Assembly (NCBI GenBank): GCA_964475485.1
Contig: CAYYWY010000001.1
Span: 127,940-191,939 of the forward strand
Length of the DNA stretch: 64,000 nucleotides
Source of the DNA: an uncultured Nitrospiraceae bacterium
GTDB taxonomy: Bacteria > Nitrospirota > Thermodesulfovibrionia > Thermodesulfovibrionales > UBA9159
Direction: 5' to 3'
Of this stretch, positions 18,066 to 28,325 are shown one piece after another. The position numbers and the translations under genes were made by a program. Numbering within the stretch: position 1 is the stretch's first letter; the number at the start of each line of letters is the position of its first letter. The notes beneath the pieces were generated by a model. The model was not told the origin of the DNA. It saw nothing but the letters and a program-made list of their open reading frames with translations, and did no database searches.

Positions 18066-19601
18066 CTATTCAGACTCTTTCGCCAGTTTCTTGTTGACAT
18101 AGAATTGCTGGGCAATGCTAAGGATATTGTTTACGAGCCAGTAAAGCACGAGACCGGAAGCAAAATTAAGAAAGAGGAATGTAAAGATCACGGGCATAAG
18201 CATCATGATCTTGTTTTGCCTGGGGTCGAGGGATGTGGGGGTCATCTTCTGCTGTATGACCATGGTAATGCCCATGACGATAGGGAGTATGTAATAAGGA
18301 TCCTTTGCAGAGAGGTCTGTTATCCAGAGAAGAAAGGGTGCGCCCCTTAACTCGATGGCGATCATGAGCACCTTATAAAGGGCAAAGAACACGGGGATCT
18401 GTAGGAGTATCGGCAGGCAGCCGCCCATTGGGTTCACCTTATACTTCTTATAAATTTCAAGAGTCTCCTTCTGGAGTTTCTGGGGATCTTTCTTGTATTT
18501 CTCTCTCAGCTCGGTAAGCCTAGGCTGTATTTCCTGCATCTTCTTCATTGCCTTCTGGCTCTTGTTCAAAAGGGGTATAAAAGGTATCCTGACGATGATT
18601 GTAAGGAGGACGATGGCCCATCCGTAATTTCCCATAAAGCCGTAAAAGAACTTCAGTATCCAGAAGAGGGGCCTCGCAAGTATCGAGAAAAAGCCGAAAT
18701 CAACAATATGCTCCAGACCGACCTTCAGTTCCCGGAGCCTGTCATACTCCTTTGGACCCGCGTACACGATGAAACTGTTGATCCCTGCATTGGCCTTAAA
18801 GGCGACGATGGCTGAGTCACGGACCTTCCATGCTCTTGCCTCCGAGACACGAACGGAAGGCACAATGGAGGCAAAGAAGTACTTGTCCTCCTGCGCAATC
18901 CACTTCAGATCCTTTTTGAAGACCTTTGGCTCTTGCAGTTTTTTTGTTTGGAGTTCGATCCTGTCCGAGTCTTCGAGTATGACGGGGCCTATATGGGGTG
19001 CCGACTCGTCCTTCGTGTCATGTATGCCGAAGCCGTCACCCAGCGTAATCCAGTATTCAGGCAGGCCCTGGACTTCGTCTTTCAGATCGACCCTGTATCT
19101 GTCTCCGTAAAAGACATAGGTCCTTTTCACGGAGAACTGAGGTGCAGAGTACTCGAACGTAATCGCGCCCGTGTCGGAACCTTTAAGAACAAGGTCGTTG
19201 CCTTTTAAGGCGAAATTCACTTTAGAAAGGGCAAAGTCTTCTTTATCTCCAAGGCCAAGGGGAGGTACCACACCCTGTGACATGAGAAGGGACACGGGAG
19301 TACCGTCTTTGCCCTTGTAAGCCTTGAGATCGAATTTCCTGATTGTTCCGCCCTGAGATGAGAGGACGGCAACATATAGGGCTGTCTCAACCTTTACATC
19401 CCTTGCCTGTGCCGGTTCAGCCGTGACCGCGACCGGGACAGATGGAACTTCTCGTTCCGTCTGTCCCGGTTCGGGTCTTGTCACTGTTTGCGGCAACGGC
19501 TGAGGCGGCTGTGGCTGTCGGGGTGTAAGAAGGTACTGGGATCCTATGAGCACCACGAGTGCGAGGACTATTGCGATGAGGGTTCTCTTGTCCGTGTCCA
19601 T
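18066..19601 (-). CDS. yidC: Membrane protein insertase YidC
   Basis: N-terminal TM, a periplasmic domain, and the conserved C-terminal core (GCLPILLQIPVFFALY). It follows yidD. Confidence 0.9.
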   Translation of the reverse strand: MDTDKRTLIAIVLALVVLIGSQYLLTPRQPQPPQPLPQTVTRPEPGQTEREVPSVPVAVTAEPAQARDVKVETALYVAVLSSQGGTIRKFDLKAYKGKDGTPVSLLMSQGVVPPLGLGDKEDFALSKVNFALKGNDLVLKGSDTGAITFEYSAPQFSVKRTYVFYGDRYRVDLKDEVQGLPEYWITLGDGFGIHDTKDESAPHIGPVILEDSDRIELQTKKLQEPKVFKKDLKWIAQEDKYFFASIVPSVRVSEARAWKVRDSAIVAFKANAGINSFIVYAGPKEYDRLRELKVGLEHIVDFGFFSILARPLFWILKFFYGFMGNYGWAIVLLTIIVRIPFIPLLNKSQKAMKKMQEIQPRLTELREKYKKDPQKLQKETLEIYKKYKVNPMGGCLPILLQIPVFFALYKVLMIAIELRGAPFLLWITDLSAKDPYYILPIVMGITMVIQQKMTPTSLDPRQNKIMMLMPVIFTFLFLNFASGLVLYWLVNNILSIAQQFYVNKKLAKESE

Positions 19602-19602
19602 C

Positions 19603-19812
19603 TTATTTCACAGGATCGTATCCGCCGGGATGGAAGGGGTGACACCTAACTATCCGCCGGAGTGAGAGGTAGCCTCCTTTAACAGTTCCATGTTTCCGTA
19701 TTGCCTCCATAGAATAGACGGAGCATGTGGGTATGAACCTGCAGCACCGGGGCAGAATAGGTGAAAGCAGGTATTTATACGCCTTAAGCACCAGAATGAT
19801 TATCTTTGCCAT
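19603..19812 (-). CDS. yidD: Membrane protein insertion efficiency factor YidD
   Basis: 69 aa with CRFIPTCSVYSMEAIRKHG...RCHPFHPGGYDPV, the canonical YidD signature. Confidence 0.9.
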   Translation of the reverse strand: MAKIIILVLKAYKYLLSPILPRCCRFIPTCSVYSMEAIRKHGTVKGGYLSLRRIVRCHPFHPGGYDPVK

Positions 19813-19934
19813 ATGTTTCCTTCACGGCACGGAGGCAGTCCGGGAAAACCTTCTGCCTTGTAAGCGCAGGCTTACCTATAGAATGCGCTGAGGGCACATG
19901 TCAGAAAGCCAAAGACAGGTGAAGAGGTGAGGAC

Positions 19935-20075
19935 TTATACGGCCAGCCTCTTGCGTCCCTTTGCCCGTCTTCTTTGCAAGGTTTTCCTGCCTCCCTTTGT
20001 GTTCATTCTCTCCAGGAAGCCGTGGGTCCTTTTCTTCTTTATCTTGTGTGGACGGAATGTAGTATACGTTCCCAT
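19935..20075 (-). CDS. rpmH: 50S ribosomal protein L34
   Basis: The C-terminal 46 aa of tracked ORF 19935..20357 read [49 protein letters not shown] is at 20075, with GAGGAAA upstream. Confidence 0.9.
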   Translation of the reverse strand: MGTYTTFRPHKIKKKRTHGFLERMNTKGGRKTLQRRRAKGRKRLAV

Positions 20076-20092
20076 GATTTTCCTCGACCCAA

Positions 20093-20122
20093 AGTATAAT
20101 CCGGAAGAAGGTGCAAAGTCAA
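20093..20122 (-). promoter_or_regulatory. Sigma70-like promoter of rpmH (TTGACT-18 nt-TATACT)
   Basis: Minus strand: -35 at 20117-20122 and -10 at 20093-20098, 17 nt upstream of the rpmH ATG. Confidence 0.5.
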
Positions 20123-20229
20123 GGACACTCTCTCTTTTGGAGGTGCTTTCCCCGGAGTTTCTGAAATCCGTCCGCTCTTGCTGGTATAATGGTGTATCAT
20201 TAAGGCATCGGAACGGTGCCGCCTTGAGG

Positions 20230-20810
20230 AGGAGGGTGATCAATATCTTGATCTTGCCTGTATCCGAAATAATCGCACTTGCAGGAAAGCTCTCCGTGGA
20301 GGGCGGCATCGGTGCGATCGCGGCAGCAGATGCAAGAACAGGCCTCAACGTCCTCATTCATTTACATGATCATCATCCTTGTTCTCGTGCAGTTATCTCA
20401 GCAGCCGTCTTTACTTATGGCAGTGTCATCGGAACAAGACGCCGGAGCGCGTTAAAGGATGATTCAGGAAAGACGCTGAAAAACTTGAGAAGGCCGCAGA
20501 TTTGTCTCTGCCGCGGCAATCTACGAGGACAAATTGAATGACAAGAGAAGGGCCGCCGACTATATGAAAAAGGAGGGGATTACAGGCGTGCCGTGATGCT
20601 TTACAGCATCTTGGGAACGTCGGACGAAGCCAGAGAAATGTATCGCAGAGACGGAGATGCAGAGAGCGCTGCCGAGGTCGCAGAGAAATCCGGAAGGAGG
20701 ATGGCTGCCTCGGCGGACTCTGCTCGACAAGGATTGTTGACAGCGTGGAATATGTCCCGGAATGGCTTGATGAGATCGTGCTCAGATGCATGCACAATGT
20801 GAGATAAGAT
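20230..20810 (+). pseudogene. Frameshifted remnant of a helical-repeat (TPR-like) / kinase-like gene
   Basis: Protein-like stretches switch frame. These include AAAIYEDKLNDKRRAADYMKKEG, then DYRRAVMLYSILGTSDEAREMYRRDGDAESAAEVAEKSG, then IVDSVEYVPEWLDEIVLRCMHNVR-stop. No single intact ORF explains them. Confidence 0.3.
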
Positions 20811-20908
20811 AGATACGTGAGTATAGAGTCGATCTTCGGCGATATATCAAGGCTCTTTCGAGGGAAAAGAAAAATCCACGCACTCAATAAGGGTAAGAGG
20901 AAAAAAGG

Positions 20909-21850
20909 ATGCCCACCGATGAAGTCCATGTGGTGACCGGCGCATTCGGGTTTTCCGGAAAATATATCGCAGCACGCCTTCTTGACGAGGGGTATAAGGT
21001 CAGGACCCTGACAAATTCGATGCTCCGCGAGAATCCTTTTGAAGGGAAAGTGGAGCCGCATCCTTATAATTTCAACAATCCAGAAAAACTCATAGAATCT
21101 CTCCTCGGGGCGTCGATTCTATACAACACCTATTGGGTAAGATTCAATTATGAGGAATTCACATACTCCGGCGCCGTGGAAAACACCGTGAAACTGTTCG
21201 ATGCTGCGAGGAAGGCAGGCGTAAAGCGGATAGTCCATATCAGTATCACCAATCCTAGCGAGGATTCCCCTCACGAGTATTTCAGGGAAAAGGCAAGAGT
21301 TGAGCGCGCCCTTATGGAGGCAGGATTATCATATGCCATACTCAGGCCCGCCGTGCTTTTTGGAAAGGAAGGCATTCTCATCAATAACATCGCCTGGTTC
21401 CTGAGAAGGTTTCCCGTTTTCGGGGTTTTCGGAGACGGGAACTATCGGCTCCAGCCGATCTATGTGGACGACTTTGCAAGACTGGCGGTGGAGCACGGGC
21501 AGAGGACTGAGAACAGTATCATCAATGCCATTGGCCCCGAGACCTACACATACCGGGAACTTGTCGAGGAGATCGGCAACGGCATTGGAAAGCGGAGGCC
21601 GATTGTCTCTGTCTCACCTTCTTTAGCTTTCATGGTCGGGACGATTGTGGGAAAAGTTCAGAGAGACGTGACAATCACACAGGATGAGATCGAGGGTCTT
21701 ATGGAAGACCTGCTATACGTCGATTCACCTCCTGCGGGAAAGACGAAGTTGAGCGAATGGATACGGGAGAATGCTTCCACTCTCGGAATGCATTACAGCA
21801 GCGAGCTTGCAAGAAGGAAAAACAGAACCGCTTCATACGATAAGTTATGA
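20909..21850 (+). CDS. NAD(P)-binding SDR-family protein (NmrA / NDUFA9-like epimerase fold)
   Basis: N-terminal Rossmann motif VTGAFGFSGKYIA. Size is 313 aa. Confidence 0.65.
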   Translation: MPTDEVHVVTGAFGFSGKYIAARLLDEGYKVRTLTNSMLRENPFEGKVEPHPYNFNNPEKLIESLLGASILYNTYWVRFNYEEFTYSGAVENTVKLFDAARKAGVKRIVHISITNPSEDSPHEYFREKARVERALMEAGLSYAILRPAVLFGKEGILINNIAWFLRRFPVFGVFGDGNYRLQPIYVDDFARLAVEHGQRTENSIINAIGPETYTYRELVEEIGNGIGKRRPIVSVSPSLAFMVGTIVGKVQRDVTITQDEIEGLMEDLLYVDSPPAGKTKLSEWIRENASTLGMHYSSELARRKNRTASYDKL

Positions 21851-21913
21851 ATGTCTGGAAGGGCGCGGGCTTTTGAGTTGAACTCGGACATGCCCATCAG
21901 GTAATATTCAGAT

Positions 21914-24900
21914 ATGCACCAACATTCTGATTACGTTCCTCTTCACCTTCATACTGAATACAGCTTGCTGGACGGCTCTATAAAGATCGATGAGCTTGTA
22001 GAGGTGGCTGCGCGCTACAGGCTGCCGGCGATGGCGATCACGGACCACGGCAACCTCTTTGGCGCTGTGGAGTTTTATAAAAAGGTCTCGAAGGCAGGGA
22101 TAAAACCTATCATCGGTTGCGAGGTCTATGTAGCGCCTTCAAGCCGTTTTGAGAAGAAAGGTGAGGGCGCGCAGGAGTCCTCTTTCCATCTCATTCTCCT
22201 TGCCAGGGACAACGCAGGTTACAAGAACCTTATCAATCTGGTTTCGAGGGCATACACCGAGGGCTTTTACTACAAGCCGAGGATAGACAAGGATCTCCTT
22301 TCTCAATACAGCGGGGGGCTCATAGGTCTGTCAGCGTGTCTGAAAGGTGAAGTGCCCTACTATGTGAGCAGGGAGATGAAGGACAAGGCGAGGCAGAGCG
22401 CCATTGAACTGAAGAACATCTTCGGCCCCGAAAATTTTTATATCGAAATACAGGCCAATGGTCTGAAGGCTCAAGAGAAGGCGAATAAGAAGCTGATTGA
22501 TCTGGCCGATGAGCTCCATATCGGCCTTGTCGCAACAAACGACTGTCATTACCTGAGGAAGGAGGATGCGAGGGCGCACGATATCCTTCTCTGCATACAA
22601 ACCGGCAAGACCGCAAGCGATGCAAACCGGATGCGTTTCGAGACGGACGAGTTTTATTTGAAATCTCCTGACGAAATGAAAAGGGCGTTCGCAGATGTCC
22701 CAGAGGCGGTGCTTTCTACGAGACAGATAGCGGAGCGTTGCAATGTGCAATTCAGCCTCGGAAGGAGTCTTCTGCCCACATTCAAGGTCGAAAACGGAAC
22801 GCCGGAGGCATACCTCAGGAAACTGGCCTTCGACGGCTTGAGTGAGCGCTTCGGTGAGGGACCGCCAGAGGTTTACAGGAACAGGCTGAAGACGGAACTG
22901 GAGATCATCAACAGGATGAACTATGCATCCTATTTTCTCATCGTATGGGACTTTATCCGCTATGCGAGGAGGAGCGGAATTCCAGTGGGTCCAGGCAGGG
23001 GTTCAGCAGCGGGCAGTCTCGTTGCATTCTGCCTGGGGATTACTGAGATCGACCCGATAAAATACAACCTGCTTTTCGAAAGATTTCTGAATCCCGAACG
23101 TATCAGCATGCCTGATATCGATGTTGATTTCTGCAAGGACAGAAGGGGAGAGGTGATATCCTATGTCTCCAATCAGTACGGCCACGACCATGTGGCACAG
23201 ATAATCACCTTCGGTACCATGGCGGCAAAGGCAGCCGTAAGGGACGTAGGGAGATCCCTGGATATCCCTTATGCTGAAGTGGACAGGGTGGCAAAGCTAA
23301 TCCCGAACACGCTGAATATCAGCCTGGAGGAGGCATTAAGAGTTGAACCGCAACTTCAGGAATTATATGATAACGACCCTAAAATAAAAGAAATTCTTGA
23401 TATAGCAATGAGGCTCGAGGGGCTATGCAGGCATGCCTCAACCCATGCGGCCGGGGTAGTTGTCTCCCCCGTGCCTCTCACTGAATACGCGCCTCTTTAC
23501 AAGAACCCTTCGGACGGCACTATCACTACACAGTTTGATATGGGCGCTGTGGAAGCCGTAGGGCTTCTGAAGTTCGATTTCCTCGGACTTAAGACCCTCA
23601 CTGTCATTGAAAAGACCCTCGAGTATATCAGAGCGAACGGCCAGGAACTCCCTTTTAATTCCCTCCCGCTCGATGACCCGGAAACATACGGGCTCTTGAG
23701 TTCCGGACAGACCACCGGGGTTTTCCAGCTCGAAAGCGCCGGGATGCGGGACATCTTGGTGAGGATGCAGCCCAACAGATTCGAGGACCTCATTGCCCTC
23801 GTCGCCCTTTACAGGCCGGGGCCAATGGCATGGATCGACGACTTCATAAAAGCGAAAAAAGGCGAGGCGAAGATCTCCTATGAACTGCCCCAGTTAAGTG
23901 AGATTCTTGATGAGACTTACGGTATCATCCTCTATCAGGAGCAGGTAATGATGATCGCAAACAAGATCGCGAACTTCACAATGGGACAGGCGGACATCCT
24001 GCGGCGGGCGATGGGGAAAAAGAAGGCCGAGGAGATGGAGAAGCAGAAAGAGGACTTTGTAAAGGGTGCAGTTGCCAACGGCATCCCAGAGAAAAAGGCG
24101 AGGAGGCTCTTCGAAAAGATGGAGCCCTTTGCCAAGTACGGTTTCAACAAATCACACTCCGCTGCCTATGCCTACATCGCTTACCAGACGGCATATCTGA
24201 AGGCCCACTTCCCGGTTGAGTTCATGGCCGCCACACTGAGCGCTGATACGGACAATACGGACAAGATCGTGAAGTCCATCGCTGAATGCAGAAAGATGTC
24301 CATCAATATTCTCCCGCCCGATATTAATGAAAGCGGAAGGGAGTTCAAGGTTATGGGCAAGGGTATTCGTTTTGGCCTTGAGGCAGTAAAGGGAGTCGGC
24401 TCGGCCGCCATCGAATCGATACTCTCGGTAAGAGAGACTGACGGGCCCTTTATGTCCATGGGGGATTTTCTCCGCAGGGTTGACGGCAAAAAAGTGAACA
24501 GGAAGGTGGTGGAGAGTCTCGTTAAGGCAGGGTCGTTTGATTCCCTTGGAATGCACAGGGCAAAGGTCCTTGCGCTGCTGGAGATCGCAGGCGGCGAAGA
24601 GTATACCACAGGCGGGCTCTTTGCACAGCAGGACTTTTTTGGCGGAGATGTCCGGCAGGAGGTGGCTGAGTGGGACGAAATGACTCTCCTGAGTAACGAA
24701 AAGGAAGCCCTCGGTTTCTACATAACGGGTCACCCCCTCTCAAGATTCAGGGCAGCCCTTTCTGTACTGAAGGTAAAAGGGATCTCGGAGCTTGAGGAAG
24801 TCTCTGATAAGGAGGAAGTGCAGGTAGCCGGCGTAGTGAGCAGCGTTAAGAGGATCAAGACGAAGGGCAAGTCGGAAATCATGGCATACTTGACCATGGA

Positions 24901-25306
24901 GGACGAAGAAGGGAGCACGGAGGTCATTGTCTTCCCTGAGCTATACAGGAGCATGGCCGGGGTTCTTGCCAAGGAAAGCCTCATCGTGGTGAAGGGAACT
25001 GTGGATAAGACAGAAAAAGGCATGAAACTTATCGCAAAGGAAGTCCTCAGGCTGGAAGATATGCTTTTCCGGAACAGCGCCCAGAGAATGGAGGTAACCA
25101 TACCAAGGAGAAAGTCTCGGCCAGAGAACCTGAGGTTGCTAAAAGAGATGGTGTCGGAACGTTCCGGGAAATGCCTGCTTTTTCTTAAGATCGAAGTAAA
25201 CGGCTCCTGCGCTGTACTTGCAACGGGCATGCGGGTGGATCCCTCATCTGCCCTTGTTCAATCGATCGAGGAACTTCTGGGTAAGGGTATGGTGAGACTG
25301 GCGTGA
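21914..25306 (+). CDS. dnaE: DNA polymerase III alpha subunit
   Basis: PHP domain start [23 protein letters not shown], a palm/fingers core, and a C-terminal OB region. Size is 1130 aa. Confidence 0.95.
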   Translation: MHQHSDYVPLHLHTEYSLLDGSIKIDELVEVAARYRLPAMAITDHGNLFGAVEFYKKVSKAGIKPIIGCEVYVAPSSRFEKKGEGAQESSFHLILLARDNAGYKNLINLVSRAYTEGFYYKPRIDKDLLSQYSGGLIGLSACLKGEVPYYVSREMKDKARQSAIELKNIFGPENFYIEIQANGLKAQEKANKKLIDLADELHIGLVATNDCHYLRKEDARAHDILLCIQTGKTASDANRMRFETDEFYLKSPDEMKRAFADVPEAVLSTRQIAERCNVQFSLGRSLLPTFKVENGTPEAYLRKLAFDGLSERFGEGPPEVYRNRLKTELEIINRMNYASYFLIVWDFIRYARRSGIPVGPGRGSAAGSLVAFCLGITEIDPIKYNLLFERFLNPERISMPDIDVDFCKDRRGEVISYVSNQYGHDHVAQIITFGTMAAKAAVRDVGRSLDIPYAEVDRVAKLIPNTLNISLEEALRVEPQLQELYDNDPKIKEILDIAMRLEGLCRHASTHAAGVVVSPVPLTEYAPLYKNPSDGTITTQFDMGAVEAVGLLKFDFLGLKTLTVIEKTLEYIRANGQELPFNSLPLDDPETYGLLSSGQTTGVFQLESAGMRDILVRMQPNRFEDLIALVALYRPGPMAWIDDFIKAKKGEAKISYELPQLSEILDETYGIILYQEQVMMIANKIANFTMGQADILRRAMGKKKAEEMEKQKEDFVKGAVANGIPEKKARRLFEKMEPFAKYGFNKSHSAAYAYIAYQTAYLKAHFPVEFMAATLSADTDNTDKIVKSIAECRKMSINILPPDINESGREFKVMGKGIRFGLEAVKGVGSAAIESILSVRETDGPFMSMGDFLRRVDGKKVNRKVVESLVKAGSFDSLGMHRAKVLALLEIAGGEEYTTGGLFAQQDFFGGDVRQEVAEWDEMTLLSNEKEALGFYITGHPLSRFRAALSVLKVKGISELEEVSDKEEVQVAGVVSSVKRIKTKGKSEIMAYLTMEDEEGSTEVIVFPELYRSMAGVLAKESLIVVKGTVDKTEKGMKLIAKEVLRLEDMLFRNSAQRMEVTIPRRKSRPENLRLLKEMVSERSGKCLLFLKIEVNGSCAVLATGMRVDPSSALVQSIEELLGKGMVRLA

Positions 25307-26286
25307 GATATTACCTGGAGTTCGAAAGGCCTATTGAAGAGCTCGATACCAAGATAGACGAGCTGAAGCGTCTCTCCGATGGCAAGGACATCAATATCAC
25401 ATCGGAGATAAAGAGGCTCGAAAAGAAGGCGAAGGAACGCCGCTCGGAGATATTTTCCAACCTCTCACCATGGCAAAAGACGATGATCGCGAGACATCCT
25501 GACAGGCCTTACACTCTCGACTACATTTCCATCATTGCAAGGGACTTCCTTGAGCTTCACGGTGACAGGAGGTTTGCTGACGACCCCTCCATTGTCGGCG
25601 GGTTCGGGAAGATAGGTGATATCACCTTTATGATCATCGGTCACCAGAAGGGGAGGGGAACAAAGGAGAGGATCCAGAGGAATTTCGGTCAGCCACATCC
25701 TGAAGGTTACAGGAAGGCATTGCGCCTCATGAGACTTGCAGAGAGGTTCAAGCGGCCGATCCTTACCCTGATCGATACACCCGGCGCCTATCCGGGCATA
25801 GGGGCCGAGGAGAGAGGACAGGCAGAGGCTATCGCCACTAACCTCATGGAGATGTCGAGGATAAAGACCCCGATCGTATCAGTGGTGATTGGGGAAGGGG
25901 GCAGCGGGGGAGCAATCGCCCTCGGGGTTGCCGACAGGCTGTATATGCTGGAGCATTCCATATATTCCGTGATATCGCCGGAGGGATGCGCAGCCATTCT
26001 CTGGAAAAAGGGAGGAGATATCGGCCCCGGGGAGTTTTCCAAGGCGGCGGAAGCCCTGAAGCTAACTGCACAGGACCTCCTCAGGTTCAAGGTGATCGAC
26101 GACATTATCCCGGAACCCCTGGGAGGCGCACACAGGGACCCTTCATTCGCTGCCGGGCGACTTGAAGAGACAGTTATTAAAGCCCTGGAGGAAATTAAGA
26201 CTAAGACTGTTGCGAAGCTCGTCGAAGAGAGGTACAGGAGATTGAGAAAGATCGGGGTCTTCGAAGTGGGCGTCTCTGGCAGGTAG
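25303..26286 (+). CDS. accA: Acetyl-CoA carboxylase carboxyltransferase alpha subunit
   Basis: [22 protein letters not shown] motif. The GTG start overlaps the dnaE stop (GTGA). Confidence 0.9.
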   Translation: MRYYLEFERPIEELDTKIDELKRLSDGKDINITSEIKRLEKKAKERRSEIFSNLSPWQKTMIARHPDRPYTLDYISIIARDFLELHGDRRFADDPSIVGGFGKIGDITFMIIGHQKGRGTKERIQRNFGQPHPEGYRKALRLMRLAERFKRPILTLIDTPGAYPGIGAEERGQAEAIATNLMEMSRIKTPIVSVVIGEGGSGGAIALGVADRLYMLEHSIYSVISPEGCAAILWKKGGDIGPGEFSKAAEALKLTAQDLLRFKVIDDIIPEPLGGAHRDPSFAAGRLEETVIKALEEIKTKTVAKLVEERYRRLRKIGVFEVGVSGR

Positions 26287-26293
26287 GGGATCG

Positions 26294-26539
26294 ATGAAGA
26301 ACACATTGATATTTATCGTTTTTGTCCTGGTGGTTCTCGGTCTCCTTTATGCCGTTTCCGGCAAACGAGTGCCTCCGCCGCTGATTCCGGCGGACACGGT
26401 CCATGGCGGTAAATCCGAGCCATCTGCCTGCCTCGAGTGCCACGGTCCTGGCATGGTTTCTCCGGTGAAGGCAAAGCACCCCCCGAAGCAAGAGTGCTTC
26501 AAGTGTCACAGGGCTAAGAAGGAGGGTAAGACAAGGTAG
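26294..26539 (+). CDS. Small membrane-anchored dihaem c-type cytochrome (putative)
   Basis: 81 aa with an N-terminal TM helix and two CxxCH motifs (CLECH, CFKCH). Confidence 0.6.
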   Translation: MKNTLIFIVFVLVVLGLLYAVSGKRVPPPLIPADTVHGGKSEPSACLECHGPGMVSPVKAKHPPKQECFKCHRAKKEGKTR

Positions 26540-26544
26540 AAAAG

Positions 26545-27024
26545 ATGGCCGTACCGGTGCAACCCGGCAGAAAGAATGCCCCAACGGTCAAGTGCCTCAT
26601 ATGCGATAGGCTTGTAGAGAGAGGAAAGACCTTCACCTGCCGGAAATGCAGGAAGTCGCCTTTCTTTTTTGAGCATCTGGACCCTGAATGCAAGATATGT
26701 TCCGGGTGCGCCGTTGAGGAAATGATCAGACCCTCCAACAGTCTTCTGAGGCAGGAAAAGGGTGTGAGAGGATTCCTGAGACTCAACCAGTTCATTCTTC
26801 TCGTGGCCTTTGTCTTCGTTGCGGCCGCGAAGCTCTTTCACGAGCACATCCCGGAATTCATAAGTGGGAACATCTTCTTCGAGTATGTCTATGTGTGGGG
26901 CGCGGCAGCGGTCGTTGGAATTGTCCTCTGCTATATAGTCGTTGCCTCCCAAAAACAGAAGATAAAAGAGATCGAAGGCAAGATCCGCAATCATAAAGCC
27001 TACTGGCGCTATACGTTCCGTTGA
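26545..27024 (+). CDS. Cys-rich (zinc-ribbon-like) membrane protein, function unknown
   Basis: Contains CxxC-x10-CxxC plus CKICSGC at the N-terminus, followed by two TM helices. It starts 6 nt after the cytochrome stop. Confidence 0.5.
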   Translation: MAVPVQPGRKNAPTVKCLICDRLVERGKTFTCRKCRKSPFFFEHLDPECKICSGCAVEEMIRPSNSLLRQEKGVRGFLRLNQFILLVAFVFVAAAKLFHEHIPEFISGNIFFEYVYVWGAAAVVGIVLCYIVVASQKQKIKEIEGKIRNHKAYWRYTFR

Positions 27025-27053
27025 GCCGGTGTCATGCTTTCTCGGTCGTACAT

Positions 27054-28325
27054 TCACCGAAGTCGGGCAACCAGCAAGAAATGAAGCAGTGCATCGATTT
27101 CATCGATGACCGTTTTGAAGAGCCCCCCGTGGCTTTTCGAGTTCGAGAAGAGCTCGGTCCTCATCTTGCGAATGACGGGGTCGTCGCACTTTTCATAGGT
27201 AATATGTCCGTTTTGCATCGCCTGCCTCTCAAGAAGAAGGAGATGTCCGGCCCTTTCGATGAAGGGGACGAGCACCTTTCTTACACGAACGGCGCGTTCC
27301 CTCAGGTCGGGGTCGTAGCCAGCACCTGAACCGCTCATCGCAACAGAGGGAGTCCAGGAAACATCCGTCAGCCTTTGGATCTCCTTCATCATGACATGGA
27401 GCGTGCAATACTCAAGTCCCCTCACGCCGCGACGCCACTGAAGAAGCAGAGGGTTTCTCCAAAACCAGAGGAAGTTGCGGATGCCGAGGGAGATCAGCCC
27501 CTCACAGAGGTCGGAGAGTTCGGAGATGAGACTCGACGTTTCTGCTGCGACCGGATGTCTTCCACCGTTCCGTCCTCCCTCTGCAGGGATACCTCCCGGT
27601 GCCTGCGCGCCGAGGCACCTCCAGATATTCTTCAAAACGATCAGGCCGTTTCTGTCTCCCGGCGTATCGAAATGAATGAGTGAGAGAATCACCCTTCCCA
27701 TCCCGCAGCGGCCTTCAATCACCGCAGGGTCGTCTCGCAGGCGTTCAGGATTAAGATTGATCTGGTAGATCTCTTCGAGTTCACGCCAGTTGCCATGAAG
27801 TTCTGCATCTCCCACGTTCAGGTCGGAGCTGAAGGAATCGGGCAGCGCCTTTTCGTAAGCGGCGATTACCTTTATCCCCGCATCTTCCGGAATAAACTGG
27901 GATGGCCACCACGCGTGAAAAACAGGCTCGGCGATTCCGTTCCAGAGGGAAGAGCCGGACAGGGAAAGCCTGATCCTGCCGCTGAAACTCGGAACCCGCA
28001 GTTTTGTCGGTTTCCTCTTCACCCGGAGAAGGCCGATGCCGTCGGCAGACGCAAGTCCCGCGCCGCCGCAAAAACCAAGATAGCTTCCTCCTTCTTCCAC
28101 GAAGGCCCTTATAGCTTCGACACCCTCTTCACCGAGGGATTTCAGCTTGTTCGACGCCCAGCCGCCGGGCACGAAGAGCATCCTGTAATTTTTTAGTTCT
28201 CCTTTCCTTATATCATCTGAACGGATAAGTTCAAAAGAAAGATTACAGGCCTTCAGAGCCTTATATGACATCAATCCCCAAAGAAACGATTCGTCCCATA
28301 GAAAAGCAACCGTTTTATTTCCCAT
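27054..28325 (-). CDS. Uncharacterised protein with N-terminal class-I glutamine-amidotransferase-like / BPL_N-like domain
   Basis: N-terminus VAFLWDES...MLFVPGGWAS...GGSYLGFCGGAGL shows a nucleophile-elbow-like GFCGG. The start ATG overlaps the cbiGH stop (TAATG). The C-terminal 200 aa has no motif I recognise. Confidence 0.6.
   Translation of the reverse strand: MGNKTVAFLWDESFLWGLMSYKALKACNLSFELIRSDDIRKGELKNYRMLFVPGGWASNKLKSLGEEGVEAIRAFVEEGGSYLGFCGGAGLASADGIGLLRVKRKPTKLRVPSFSGRIRLSLSGSSLWNGIAEPVFHAWWPSQFIPEDAGIKVIAAYEKALPDSFSSDLNVGDAELHGNWRELEEIYQINLNPERLRDDPAVIEGRCGMGRVILSLIHFDTPGDRNGLIVLKNIWRCLGAQAPGGIPAEGGRNGGRHPVAAETSSLISELSDLCEGLISLGIRNFLWFWRNPLLLQWRRGVRGLEYCTLHVMMKEIQRLTDVSWTPSVAMSGSGAGYDPDLRERAVRVRKVLVPFIERAGHLLLLERQAMQNGHITYEKCDDPVIRKMRTELFSNSKSHGGLFKTVIDEIDALLHFLLVARLR

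Noticed and set aside
20076-20908. Replication origin next to rpmH.
   Set aside because: There is no dnaA gene and no cluster of TTATCCACA-like boxes or an AT-rich unwinding element in this gap. rpmH linkage alone is insufficient.
19927-21061. Tracked ORFs 19927-20541 (+), 19935-20357 (- upstream extension of rpmH) and 20426-21061 (-) as real genes.
   Set aside because: Only the last 46 codons of 19935-20357 are L34. The others have no motifs, overlap each other and the SDR gene start, and the region is better explained as a frameshifted remnant.
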